From Octopus sinensis (Eukaryota): a stretch of DNA of 64,000 nt. The DNA is taken from the NCBI RefSeq assembly GCF_006345805.1, contig NC_043004.1:38936001-39000000 (forward strand). Reading direction: 5' to 3'. Positions 50,231-63,232 of the stretch are shown piece by piece; the first letter of the stretch is position 1, and each line of letters opens with the position of its first letter. The translations under genes were made by a program, and so were the position numbers. The notes under the pieces are model-generated. The model was not told where the DNA came from. It saw nothing but the letters and a program-made list of their open reading frames with translations, and did not search any database.

Positions 50231-50585
50231 CTTAAGACCATGGTTTTAAGAATCACTTCTTAAGTATATCTCTCACGATGATGTGAGATTGTATTGAGTC
50301 CTGAACGTGAAACAGGTTTTTTTCTCTATCGTTCGTTCATGTCATTTAATGAGTGAGAGAAAATCATTGAGGATCGTTCATAAGAGATTGAATAACTTCT
50401 TAAAGAGGGATTCAATACATTCTGAGTGACATTTAACCCTTTAAATTTTAAAAGGCGGTAACAAAGCCATATGACTGAAACAAAAATAAACAATAAAAGA
50501 ATATATATATATATATTTATAAAGAGAGAGGTTATGAGAGGTAATGGTGTCAATAAGATTCAAAGGTGTTAGGAAATGCTGAGAA

Positions 50586-50800
50586 AGTGCAATGGATAGA
50601 TTATAGTTAAGCTCCAGGTTCGGTGATTGTACGAATGAGGAGTCTAATGTAGGTCATATATTAGCATGTGTATCTATAAACATTTTCAGAATGAGATAAT
50701 AATCCAAAGCTGTGAAAGATTTTAGAAACTTTATGAATAGAAGGTCATACAGCTGTTTCCGGGATATATTATATATCCCTTCATCGGAGACGGTGTGAGA
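50586..50800 (-). mobile_element. PLE-like terminal fragment with degenerate hammerhead (50744-50791)
   Basis: Homologous to 14478-14690; minus strand GTCT CCGATGA A GGGATATA TAA TATATCCC G GAAA CAGCTG TA TGAC (U4C). Confidence 0.68.
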
Positions 50801-50976
50801 AATGGTTATGCAATAGTTATTCTAGATAAGATGTGAAACACAGAATGAAGTGGAGGAATGAAAATAAACGTGAGATATGTTTGGGATATTGCGTTTGTAA
50901 ATCCCTTATTTAGGCAGAATAGTATACATATAAGGTTCCAGTTCCTTGTGAGTAAGTTCCAATAGTATTTAAAATT

Positions 50977-51076
50977 GGTCATTCCAAGTATAGAGTTTGT
51001 ACACGGTGTTATTGAATCGATTAGTGAAAACCCTCGATTCAATAACACTGTGTACAACTCTATACTTGGAATGACC
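50977..51076. repeat. 100-nt near-perfect inverted repeat (44/43-nt arms, 13-nt loop)
   Basis: GGTCATTCCAAGTATAGAGTTTGTACACGGTGTTATTGAATCGA versus TCGATTCAATAACACTGTGTACAACTCTATACTTGGAATGACC: one bulged T and one G-T pair. Confidence 0.95.
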
Positions 51077-51700
51077 GTCACATTGACCATGGCATACCTA
51101 CATGATGTAATAGGAAGTGTATGGAGAGGTGTGAATGAACTGCTTACACGTATACGAGTGGTTTAGACGTTTCCATGATGGCTGAAAAATATCGATAATA
51201 TCGTTCTAGGCGACCCGCAAGGAGCAGAACTGAGTAAAACATCGTAGATGTGCGTGCAGTTTTAAGAGAAATCTTCGAATCATGATCTGTGAGTTATCAG
51301 AGGATGTGCAGATTAACTACGGTTAGTTCCAGTCCAATATCAATGAATATTTGTGTATGTGACGCGTGTCTCTGCCAAGTTTGTGCCAAAACTGCTTTCA
51401 GCTGACCAAAAGGACACTCGGGTTTCAGTTGCACAAAATCTCCTTGATTGTGTCGAAAACGATGAAAAGTTTGAGTAGGCCTCTGAACAGCTATCGTGAA
51501 GCATTTGGTCAATGTCACGATGATATGCAACACATCTTCCTTCCAAGCACTGCTGTAAACAGCGGAAATGACCTAGACCGTTCAAACTTAGTGCGCATGC
51601 ACAGCAGAATTCAGTTCAATCTGTACCGAACGGGTTTATTCTGCATGCTTCAGCTTCGTTATTATGGCAACAGTCTGGATATTTATTGATCAGAATATAT
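51077..51700. mobile_element. Rearranged mariner: plus-strand ORF fragment followed by an inverted 5' end
   Basis: 51090-51470 plus: EVYGE, VYEWFRRFHDG, RSRRPARS, RVSAKFVPKLLSADQKDTRV. 51470-51700 minus: non-coding, TIR-like end ending in TA and sharing gt(c/g)acattgacca with 51077. Confidence 0.7.
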
Positions 51701-51729
51701 ACATCTCTTTGTATACACATTAAATACGA

Positions 51730-52217
<488 letters not shown>

Positions 52218-52484
52218 TAATGAGGAAGGTAGAGAGGGAGAGCGGAAGTATAATTGAAAAAGATAGGATTAAATATATGACGAAGAATGGCTGAAGGCTG
52301 TTAACAAGCATGTGATATATACAGGAAGTAACAAAAATGTTTGTGTAATGTGGAATGCTGACGTAAGCCTTTCAAGATAAAAACAGAGACTTTTGGACAA
52401 ATGTTTATATTATTGATTATTACCTAATCTCATGTACCACAACCAACGCCTGCACTACCATCTTCCGCACTGTACTAGCCACAA

Positions 52485-52512
52485 CAGTAACTACTACTAC
52501 TACTACTACTAC

Positions 52513-52576
<64 letters not shown>

Positions 52577-52862
52577 TCTACTACTACTACTGCTGCTGCT
52601 GCTACTGCTGCTGCTGCTACTGCTGCCGCTGCTACTACTACTACTACTACTACTACTAATTCTACTACTACTACTACTACTGCTACTGCTGCTGCTGCTG
52701 CTGCTACTACTACTACTACTACTACTACGATGCTGACGAAGACTTCTAAAAATCATTACAATAATCATAATAATTATAATAAAAATAATAATAATTATGA
52801 TAAAAATAACAACAACAACAGCAACAACAACGACAGTAAAAATAATAATAATAATAATAATG
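52485..52862. repeat. Compound trinucleotide microsatellite (CTA/AAT/CTG/AAC)
   Basis: Direct reading. Confidence 0.93.
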
Positions 52863-53009
52863 AGTAAATAGATAAATAAATGAAAAAAGTAAATAGAAGA
52901 TGGGTTTCAGTAGATAAATTATGGGCTACAGTATACAAAAGGTGGGCTAAAGTAAATGATAGATGGTCTATCTGCTGAATATAAAAGATTTGCTTGTCAG
53001 TTATTTGAT

Positions 53010-53472
53010 CTTAAGCAGTTCAACATGTCCCATGGTATCTGACGATATGTCCATCTCTGATCACGAACAGAAGTAGTGGCGGAGCATCATAGCCGTGTGT
53101 TGACAGGAAATCTTTGGGGTTTTCAACAAGCCACCTCTGGAAGCATGGTTGTTTCGGTCATTATCCTCAAACAAACCTCATTCGTGGTCCTTTTGAGAGG
53201 GATGTGCTACTCAACCTCACGAAAATTCTAACTGGGCCCTACCTGGGTCATGCACTGTGTATCTTGATATAAGATCACCATGTCGCGCACATGTGGCTGT
53301 GATGCCTGTGCCTCGTGTACCCTTATCATATGAGTAGTCATATGACGGGTATATTCATATGACGGGTATATTGGACTTCGAATAACTGTACTCCAGTGTC
53401 ACTTTGATGGCATGCGCTGCTCCCTCACCCAATAATAATAATAATAATAATAATGATAATAGTAATAATAAT
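53010..53472 (+). mobile_element. Interspersed retroelement-like 3' fragment with (AAT)n tail
   Basis: GC-richer block ending cagtgtcactttgatgggcatgcgctgctccctcaccc then (AAT)n; internal 17-bp duplication catatgacgggtatatt. Family not identified. Confidence 0.4.
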
Positions 53473-54059
53473 AGATCCGCGCTGAATAACACCATGGATT
53501 TGCTACACCGGGCTCTCCATTCAAAAGCAAATCTAATCTAATAACATCGGTAGAATGGGATAAAGGAACATATGAAAGACTTGAATAAGTACAAAAGCGA
53601 AATTTTACTACAGTACAAAGCACAGTTTTTCCTATACACGATGTCTCAATGAAACGTACGAAACATACACGCGAAATCAACACTGGAAAGATTACAAATT
53701 ATAAAAGGTAAATGGATCTAAAGAGTAAGTACGTAAATTGAGTAATTACGCATACACTCGAATGTCTATACAAGCATATATATACCGTTTGATACCCATA
53801 GTATCACACATACATCCCAATGATTACACAACTACGTGAAATATACAGGGTACACAAACACGCATATGAAAACACGTACACAAACGAAGCAAAAGCAAAA
53901 AAACTACTTTTTAAAAATTTTTTGAACTAACACAGGCAAATTGAACAATTCATGGATTTAAAAATACTACAAAGAGACTATGCCCGGAGATAAATCTAAC
54001 AACAACAAAAATACCGACGAATGAAAGTTTGTTAGCCTCAAGAACTTACGTTACGAGCA

Positions 54060-54870
54060 ATGTTTAGATGCAGAGAACTCGGAGGCGGTGTTGTCTCAAA
54101 ACAAATTAACCCTAAACAGACAGATCCGTCCACAAATGACAACGTCCAAGCTCGTCATACCTCAATGATAACAAAGCAAAATGAAAAACGGAATTTGCCG
54201 TCACCCGTAACACCAAGGACTACGTGCTCGAATGAGGAATCAGATTGGGAACGAAAAAAAGAAAATACTATCGGCAGCTGGAGATATCCAAAAAGCGAAT
54301 GAAACAGATCGAACCAGATGGAAAGAAATGGAACTACATGGCCAGTTCACGCAACAAACCGTGATCGCTGGCTGTGAATGACGTGCGGGAACTTGATACG
54401 AGAGATTTGATACTGCCCAAGACAAGCCCTTAAAACAAACCTGATAGAGCTTAGTCAGATAGCAATTGTAGATTCTGTGGGAAAGGAAACGAAAGTATCT
54501 ATCCCCTTTTGAGTGAATGCAGTATACCAGTACAAAAGGAATATAAAACTCAGATATGATTGTGCAGGCAAAAGTGTGCATTGTGTTGTTAGTCGAGTGT
54601 TTGGCTTCAAAACAATAGAAAACTGCTATGGGCACGAAGCAGAGGTTGTTAGAGGAAACGGGAATTTAAAGATCTTTTAGGATTTCATACTATGACCATA
54701 CTATGAAAGCAAGAAGACCGGATATGGACACAGACGACAAAGTTAAACAGTGTAAGATCATAAATATTGCAATTCCTATGAAAGCAGTCAATACCAAAGA
54801 AATTGAAAAGAATTTAGAAATATCAAGATCTAGCCAGAGACCGGCGGAGAGAGTGAAAAGCCAAGACAAT
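54060..54870 (+). mobile_element. R4/Dong-type LINE relic (zinc knuckle + restriction-like endonuclease)
   Basis: MELHGQFTQQT, AQDKPLKTN-like region, CRFCGKGNESIYPLLSEC (54467-54520), LRYD, KIF*DF, DHTMKARRPDM, CKIINIAIP, KEIEK; frameshifted. Confidence 0.75.
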
Positions 54871-54994
54871 AATGAAAGAAATGACTATTGTTGTTGCTGT
54901 TGTTGTTGTTGTTGCTGCTGTGGTTGTCGTCGTCGTCGTTGTACTGTTTCTTATGCGCTAGTCAAGCAATTTTGATGGAAACTTGTTCATGCCA

Positions 54995-55275
54995 TCTGCA
55001 GTAGTACTGGACTGAATTGGACTGGAGAGGTACCTCATTTTATCGAACTCGGAAAGATGTAAGGTAATGGCCTTAACGACAATGGAAATCAGAATGTAAA
55101 AGAATAGAGACAACAAGTTATTTTTTGACACATTAATGATTTTAACAAGGCACTAGTTCAGCAATTTAGAGACAGGTCGTTAGATGATTTCCAGAACCAC
55201 TGTGCTTGACTGGTACTCTATTTTATCGATTCTGGTTGGCTGAAATTTAAAGCTAACCTAAATGTAATTTAAACG
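54995..55275 (-). mobile_element. Two decayed Deu/Nin-like SINE fragments in tandem
   Basis: ggtacctcattttatcgaactcggaaagatg and gactggtactctattttatcgattc resemble the 55284-55518 body. Confidence 0.45.
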
Positions 55276-55283
55276 GGGAGCAA

Positions 55284-55518
55284 TACATATTTCTTTATTA
55301 CCCACAAAGGGCTAAACATAGAGGGGACAAACAAGGACAGACATAGGTATTAAGTCGATTACATCGACCCCAGTGCGTAACCGGTACTTAATTTATCGAC
55401 CCGAAAGGAAGAAAGGCAAAGTCGACCTCGGTAGAATTAGAACTCACAACGTAACGACAGACGAAATACCGTAAAGCATTTCGCCCGGCGTACTAACGTT
55501 TCTGCCAGCTCGCCGCCT
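55284..55518 (-). mobile_element. tRNA-derived SINE with Deu/Nin-like domain
   Basis: Head aggcggcgagctggcagaaacgttag, B-box-like gagttctaattc, domain ggtcgactttgcctttcttcctttcgggtcgataaattaagtacc. Confidence 0.78.
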
Positions 55519-58500
55519 TATAAACGGGAAGAGATACCGCATGGCATCTATTCCGAGGCTCAAAATTTTGCCAGGTCACCGCCTTTAAGTTATAAGTCGT
55601 GCTGACAGCACCTAGGTTTCCCATACATTGTCAGGCTTATGTGATTATTATTTAAAAACGGCAGTAAACAGGATAACAATTACAACTATATTTCATATTT
55701 ATATACACGTTTTCAAGGTTTCCTTAAGTTCAAGAAATTGGCTATAATTTCTAGCAGCTAAATTCCTAAACTTAATCTGCATCAAAAAGTTGATATATAA
55801 GCCATATATGATGCTCATAGTGGACAGGCAATTATAAAATTAGTGTATTTACACTTAGTTCTTTACTCAACTCTAATTAGTAGTATATATTGAAGACTAC
55901 ACTCTAAAGAAAGTAGTCTAAAAAAGTAAAATATATCCTACGTTGTCTTCCGTTGTTTCTCAACTTTTCGCCACTGCGTAGGTATTGCTTATTAGGTATG
56001 TAAACATGATCACGTTGAATATGCAAGCACTTGCATAACGATAAAATTATACCCTCTAAAGTACTCCATTGTTCCAACTCGAGCCTGGCAGAAGAAATCC
56101 AATCTCAACATGTATCCAGGGAGGAATGATGCATTACCAACAGACTAAACACAGTGAAAATCTTTAAAAACGGAAATCGTTCTAGTATACTCACACCACT
56201 ACATATAAATTCGTTTTAACGGTATAAAGAGTTAGATTTCACAGAAAAAACATTATGGTACTCACTAGTAAATTTCGGCTATCATGTCAAATTAGTATGT
56301 GAAAGTACTTTAAAGCAGGTCACCAGATAGTTCTTAATAATCCCAGTATAATTTTCTGATAGAAATGACAACTGTATGTTAATATATAGATACAGCAATA
56401 TAGAAGCGAGATTGAATTAAACATGACATTTAAGAATTATGTGCATCAACGCATTTGTAATAGGTACAATAGAACTGGTGTAATAGGCAATTACATATCA
56501 AAAAGCATTAACTGAGAACTTACACAAAATTAGTTATACTAATGTCAATAAATATTACTAAAGTATTCTCACGAACGTATTAGTTAACACTTCATATACC
56601 AAATTTGTACTTTTTAATCTCATTTCAGAGTGATAGCATTTTTGATTCTAATCCAATTATATGAACATTCCTCTGATACAAAAGCTATGATGAAACGCAG
56701 TGGATTTAGATTTGTTTCAGCTTTCTAGCACTAGAGCAGGATAGTGTTGAATATAATTCATTCGTTTCATAGAAAATATTGTTTAAAGGATTCTTTTTAT
56801 ATGCATTAATTTTTCAATATATTTTCAACAATTTTAATGCCAAAGTAACAAAAGGAAGAAGTCAGTCAGAATGTTCTCATTGACTGCTCAGTGCGTTCAT
56901 AACTGAAAACAATAGATATAATACATTTCAACTCTCGAAGTAAAAGTCGCAACAAGTTTATAACAAAGACTATATTCTTTAAATATGTAACTTCCCAATA
57001 TAACTCCTTCGGTAGAAAACTTCTAAAAAAAAAAATGTACATTTTAAAAGAAATTACAAACTTCGTGTATCCTATGAACCTCCAGCTATCCTGCAGTTTG
57101 CAAGTGAACAGCGGAATTTCCACAATTATTGTATGTTCTTGTCATGCAAATCAAGCGTGTGGTTGTGTAAGCAGGCATGTTCATAGGGTGGTAGGCAAAA
57201 TAATCGAAGGATGTTCCTTTTCATTTTGCCGAATCATCTTTCCTTTCACATTTCTGGAGAGGATATAGTAGATACTAAACTGCTTAATATAGTAGGATAT
57301 ACCGCTGGATAAATAGAGGATATAGTAGACACTAAACCGCCGGATTTGTTACAATAGTTTATATCGTATAGCTAAAGTATGAGACCTTGTATCTCTATTA
57401 AAAATGAATATTATGAGAATGGGAAGAATTGGTTTGTCTCTCAAATTATGAATAAAACATAATATCAATGAATTCTAGCACGGGTATAATGTCACACATT
57501 TTCAGGGTTGGGGTATGTTATGATTACACCCATTCTTATACATGTGAAGGAGGAAAGCTAACACCGGCCATTGTAGGATTATTATGAAATGGCTATGTAC
57601 TTGTCCGAAGTTCTATTGATTTTGTCTCTTTGTCTCTGTAAGAATAAGAATAATAATGATAAAATAATTTTAGATCAGTTATCCATGGTGAGTGACTTAC
57701 AAAAGTGGACAGAGAGGAAGTGATCCAATATAAACGCTAACAATGGTACAAAGATTCTAAATTAATGGTAGAACCAGAATGTCAATGCCTAGCTCATAAA
57801 ATTTCCAAAGTAATATAATTAAACGAGAAGCGAACTAGAAATGGAATCAACATAAAGAAACAATTTACCACCTTATTTCCGATTGTCCAATATTAGCTGA
57901 GTGAGAATATAACTAAAGACATGACAGGAAAAGTAATTACATTGATGATTGTTGAACATTCTGAGACTTTCACATAAAAGTTGAAAATAAATTGTATAAA
58001 CACACAGCAAACCGGGAGATCACAATGACATGGCAACGAGACACTAGAATGTACATGACCCTACTGACCACGGGGGCAAAAGAAAAGGATTAGATATGTT
58101 AACCAAGAGCTGGAAGAAAAAAGCTCTGAGCTCTGATACATATCATGTATCAAAACCATTGATCGAAAGGATATCGTAAGATCTATTCTTGTAAGAACTC
58201 TCACAAAGAAAGGAGTGTACACACTCATAAAAAATTTATTTATCAGGACAGTCAACCTGGAATCTCAACGCATATTTCAAACCTACCAGAAACAGTGGTC
58301 AGTTATCTTCCAAACCACTATATGCTGTCCTACAAAAAAAAAAGAAAAAGAAAAAGGGGCACAAAGAAACTGGATTAGAATATCAACACACTACCAGAGA
58401 CTACATACAGTGTAAGGAAACAGTCAGAGACACTCGCAGGCAGGAATGACATGAAATATTGTAAAGCCGTTTCTTTAAATGCTTTAGGTGCCTATGAAGT

Positions 58501-60170
58501 TGCGAGTAACTACAGATAATTTCTCTGCTTCCTATCGTTGAGCCAGCAGACCATCCAGGCATCCAGGATGTGACTGATGGAGGGAAAAAGAACTGCACAA
58601 GCGTTATGCAAATATTCATTTTCAAATAGAGCAATACGAAATGAATTACCCTGCTCATGGATAAATCGTGCCGCTCGCCATTATTATAATTAGACCACAC
58701 ACTATGTAGTTTGGGTGGAGTATTTTCCACTGTAACTATACTGAGTATGATAATTTCAATTCAACAAAAATTACACTCGCACTGCACATTACTCATATTA
58801 CCATATCGTTAATATAACACAAATTCTATACAATTAGCACCCAGGACTACACACTTTATTCTTCAGATCCCTGTGCTATTACTCATATTATACAATCCAC
58901 AATATTTAAAATGTTTTACGAGAAATAAATCAATGAAAATGTTGTGTGTGAGATAAGAAAATAAACCCGACAACGTAACAAAAGGATTGATACCAAAAAC
59001 AATCTCCCGTTTTCAAAACAGGCAATATTACTGCACACAGCTGACTAATACAGGCATGAGCCTCATGAGAGTGATGTAACTTCACAGAAAATTATTGAAA
59101 ACATTAATCGTAATCATATTAATGCTTTCTTATATAAGCAAAAAACTACAGGAGTTCTTGCAGAAAAGTATCAAGAGCAAATACAACCATCTATATATAT
59201 TTTACTCACAACCTGCTATGCTGGAAATGGCAAGGCTCGAAATGGTAATTCTGCTATATTTTACAGGAATTAGCAAATAAAAAATCTCTTACCACTTCGA
59301 ACCTATAGATATATCACGACCTTTTACGTTTCTGCACAGCTCCAGCATTTTCTTAATATACTCATATGCGAAAAGGCACGGGTCATTTCGAATTTGTGGA
59401 AGGGAACTCCGATTGAATATTTGCTTCGTCTAGACATAGCAAGTTGTGTATTGTGAGTCTCAAGTGTACCTAAATATTCCACATAAATCGATGCTTGTTA
59501 TCTTAGGTTTTCTAACTTTGCAGCGTACCCAGTAGAACGAATTTGAAGTATTTTTACGGCTTTAATGCGAAAGACTTTCATTAATGTATATGAACAAAAA
59601 TGACTGTTATTTAACTAGACCCTAAAGGAACCTGACAAATTCAATACTATCTTAAGAAACTAGAAATTTCTAAGTTTTTTAAATACCGCTCAGGTTTATT
59701 AAAATATCAGTATACATAGATATTTCTTATACGGCTTCATTCAAGATAAGTGATTTCCGAGTATTTATTCCATACAGCCATTGGTAATATCATCAACTAA
59801 TTACTTAATGACATGTAACGTTCTCACAACGAAAGAATATCTCTCTTATTGTAATTAACAAGTACCAGGTGAGGTTTATGTGTCTTTATTAACTATAAAC
59901 ACGTACATGTACACATAAATGTTATACAGAATGCTACAATGGTAACGGGTAATTAGAGATATAACGATAAGAGGAATGATAGAAATAGATTGATAGATAT
60001 CTAATTAGGAGAATTTCAGAAATGGCCGGAAAATATGAAGCTCGAACTCACTTAATGTTCGTATTTATATATATGTGTGTGTGTGTGTGCGTGTCTCTGG
60101 GTATGTATCCATACACACACACCTCCACATACATATGTATAGGGACAGACAAATAGACAAACAGACAGCT

Positions 60171-60371
<201 letters not shown>

Positions 60372-60631
60372 CTTTTGATCATTATTGACTCTGGGTATCA
60401 GGGCGAAATCGCCAACAAGGAATAACATATATTAGGTTAAAACCCCTTTACTATTTTACTCTTATCCATAATATCATATATAAACAGCCCGAACCTTAAT
60501 TGAAAAATCACTCAATGCGGTCAAGAATCAGATTCACAGCTATTTCGAAGTACCGCCAAACAGTCGGCCAAAAGCCAGTGAGCTGAAGTTTCAAAGTCGC
60601 TGCTAATCTATTCCTTGATTGAATATTATAT

Positions 60632-60998
60632 ACTAGCACTATGACCCGGAAACGCCAGGTCATGGTGCTAGTGCATGCATATACAGCTGCGTGTGTGCGC
60701 ACATACATGCGAGTACTGTCCAAATCTCCGACCAATCACATACGGCTAGCTGGCATTCAATTGGCGTATCAAGTTTCGGGCATTTTGATTGGGTTTTCGA
60801 TAGATAATTCACAAAAAAATCATTTCTATTGATTTTTAATGGCTTTGCGGGGTTAGTGAGGAAATTTAAAGATGTGCACGACCACCCTTGGACGATTTTG
60901 AATGACCATAGAAAGTGCGAGCCCTCTAACTGAAAACTTGTGCATTTGTATAAAGGACACACACACACAGACATTTTGTCATTTATATATAGAGAGAT
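60632..60998 (+). mobile_element. Non-autonomous Helitron/Helentron-like element with 18-bp terminal hairpin
   Basis: Begins ACTAGCA with hairpin 60632-60672; ends in (CA)n cagaca...tttatatatagagagat, the same terminal layout as 62462-62846. Confidence 0.6.
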
Positions 60999-61254
60999 AA
61001 ATAAATGATATATATCAAAGAGGAAAAGGATCGCACTACCTCTAAACGGAATCTGGACAAATTTGTTCAAGTAATACAAGATAAGCCACCTATACATGGA
61101 TACAACTCACTCAACAAGAACTCTCTACTCGAACCGACCATGATACTATAAAATTTTACTTAAAAAGTATTTAGCTAATCCTATTAGGTTGTACTATCAA
61201 GTTAGGCATAACTTGGACCAATCTTTGGTCGAAACATATCTAAGTTTTCTAAGT

Positions 61255-61286
<32 letters not shown>

Positions 61287-61891
61287 AGTGTGTGTGTGAG
61301 TGTCCTATTTTTTAATTAGTATAAATCTTTCACTGAGGAGGGGGCCGGTTTACAACTAAGATACAAGGCTCCACCTTTGAGATATAGTTTGAACAGACAA
61401 ATTCGCATAAGGAACTTGAGAAAAGTCTTGCAAATATTTACTGTTCCACTCAGAGTAGTGTACGAATGAGCCGGTCGATTATGTATGTGTGTATGTATGT
61501 ATGTATGTATGTATGTATGTATGTATGTATGTATGTTTTCATACATGTATGTATGTATGTATGTATGTATGCAAGTACGTAATTATCTATGCATGGTTAG
61601 ATAGATAGATATGTATATATTTTATATATTATATTTATTTATGGATGTATATAACACATACCGTGCCTGAGCATATATGCATATATGTATATATGTATAT
61701 ATATATATATATATATACACACACAAAGTATAGGATTTAGTTTAAAGGTGATCTAAACGGTTAGGTACGCTAAGTAGGTGTTGTAACAGGTTATTAGGGC
61801 TCCAAGGTTATAACTGAGACGGTGGTTATGGAGCCATTGCAGATTTCCGATGCAGCGTATATATAATTGTTAAAGAGGGTAACAAACATTA

Positions 61892-62149
61892 AGGCAAGGC
61901 AAACATCTCAAACTGTATTCAATATTATTAGTGGAAAAAATTCAAAGTCTTACAGCTGTTTCTGGGATATTCCGTCGTCAGAAACAAATAGGGAAAAATA
62001 GGGGAAATGGGAATGCTATATATTAATGAGATGTCGACATTAATGTGATGACTGAATATACGATACTTAGGGATATTCCAGAAACAACAGAAAGACTGAT
62101 TTTTTTCTAATAATAATGTTGTATAATACTTGAGATGTTTTCCTTGCCT
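61892..62149. mobile_element. Inverted pair of PLE-like termini with hammerhead motifs
   Basis: 61892-61972 is an imperfect inverted repeat of 62070-62149. Minus-strand GTTT CTGACGA CGGAATATCCCA GAAA CAGCTG TA AGAC (61947-61985); plus-strand decayed copy at 62045-62096. Confidence 0.68.
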
Positions 62150-62176
62150 CTATGTTGGCCTTGCCGTGTTACACAT

Positions 62177-62207
<31 letters not shown>

Positions 62208-62381
62208 GATAGATATTTGCATACGTATATATGTGCATGTGCGCGCGTATACATGCATACATACACATATATTTATATTTAAGTATGACAATATATTACA
62301 TATATATATACAGGTACATCTGCATATTATATTTATATATGCCTATATATAATACTTAGAGTGTGTGAATGCATGTGTCTA

Positions 62382-62461
<80 letters not shown>

Positions 62462-62463
<2 letters not shown>

Positions 62464-62846
62464 TAGCAGTATCGCCCGGCGTTGCTCAGGTTTGTAAGGG
62501 AAATAACTATAAAGCATTTTTAGAGAGTTATAGCCAAAAAATAGCAAAAAAATGGAAAAAAATGATGGTAAATTTTTTTTTAGTTAAAAAAGGTGGAGTT
62601 GCGTCCCCTAGACAGTTTGCAGTTTGTGTTTCTGATTCTCGACCCCATGTCGAATTTATCGATTTTTTTTCAGAACTGGGGGAACTTTTCAAAATTTTCG
62701 CTGCGTTAGTTTTGAATTATGACATTGGGCTATGTGTGTGTCAAGTTTCATCAGAATCGGTCGAAAGCCGTGGTCAGGGTGAGGGTACAAGCAAACAGAC
62801 ACACAGAAACACGCACAGACAAACTGCCGTTTATATAGAGAGAGAT
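62462..62846 (+). mobile_element. Non-autonomous Helitron-like (DINE-1/Lep1-type layout) element inserted at (TA)n
   Basis: 5' ACTAGCAGTATCGCCCGGCGTTGCTC, subterminal caagtttcatcagaatcgg, (CAGA/CA) repeat, 3' tttatatagagagagat. Confidence 0.7.
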
Positions 62847-63190
62847 ATATATATGCTTATGCATAAAATGAACCAAATAGTGTACCTAATTAGTCAAAAA
62901 CGTAAATTGGGATCACGATCATAAAGGGAGGTATGCAAAATGCCATTCAAGAAAAACTGGATTTACTAGAATTATTTCCGCCTCAAATCGAGGTCGGCAA
63001 CCAAGTAAGCGTACACTTATTCTTACGTACCTGCATACATACAAACATATATAATCTGATACATACATGCGTTCTTACATAAATTCCTATTTACATACTT
63101 GAAAATACATACACGCATGAATGCACACATTTATGCGTGCATTCTCTTATATATAGTCATATATACATGTATTTTCATATATACATGTAT

Positions 63191-63232
<42 letters not shown>

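Noticed and set aside
58050-58720. GC-richer stretch with short ORFs
   Set aside because: Probably a decayed TE, but I could not match any diagnostic motif.
62361-62924. 187-aa ORF
   Set aside because: Starts in (CT)n(TA)n and reads through a non-autonomous Helitron-like element; no protein motif.
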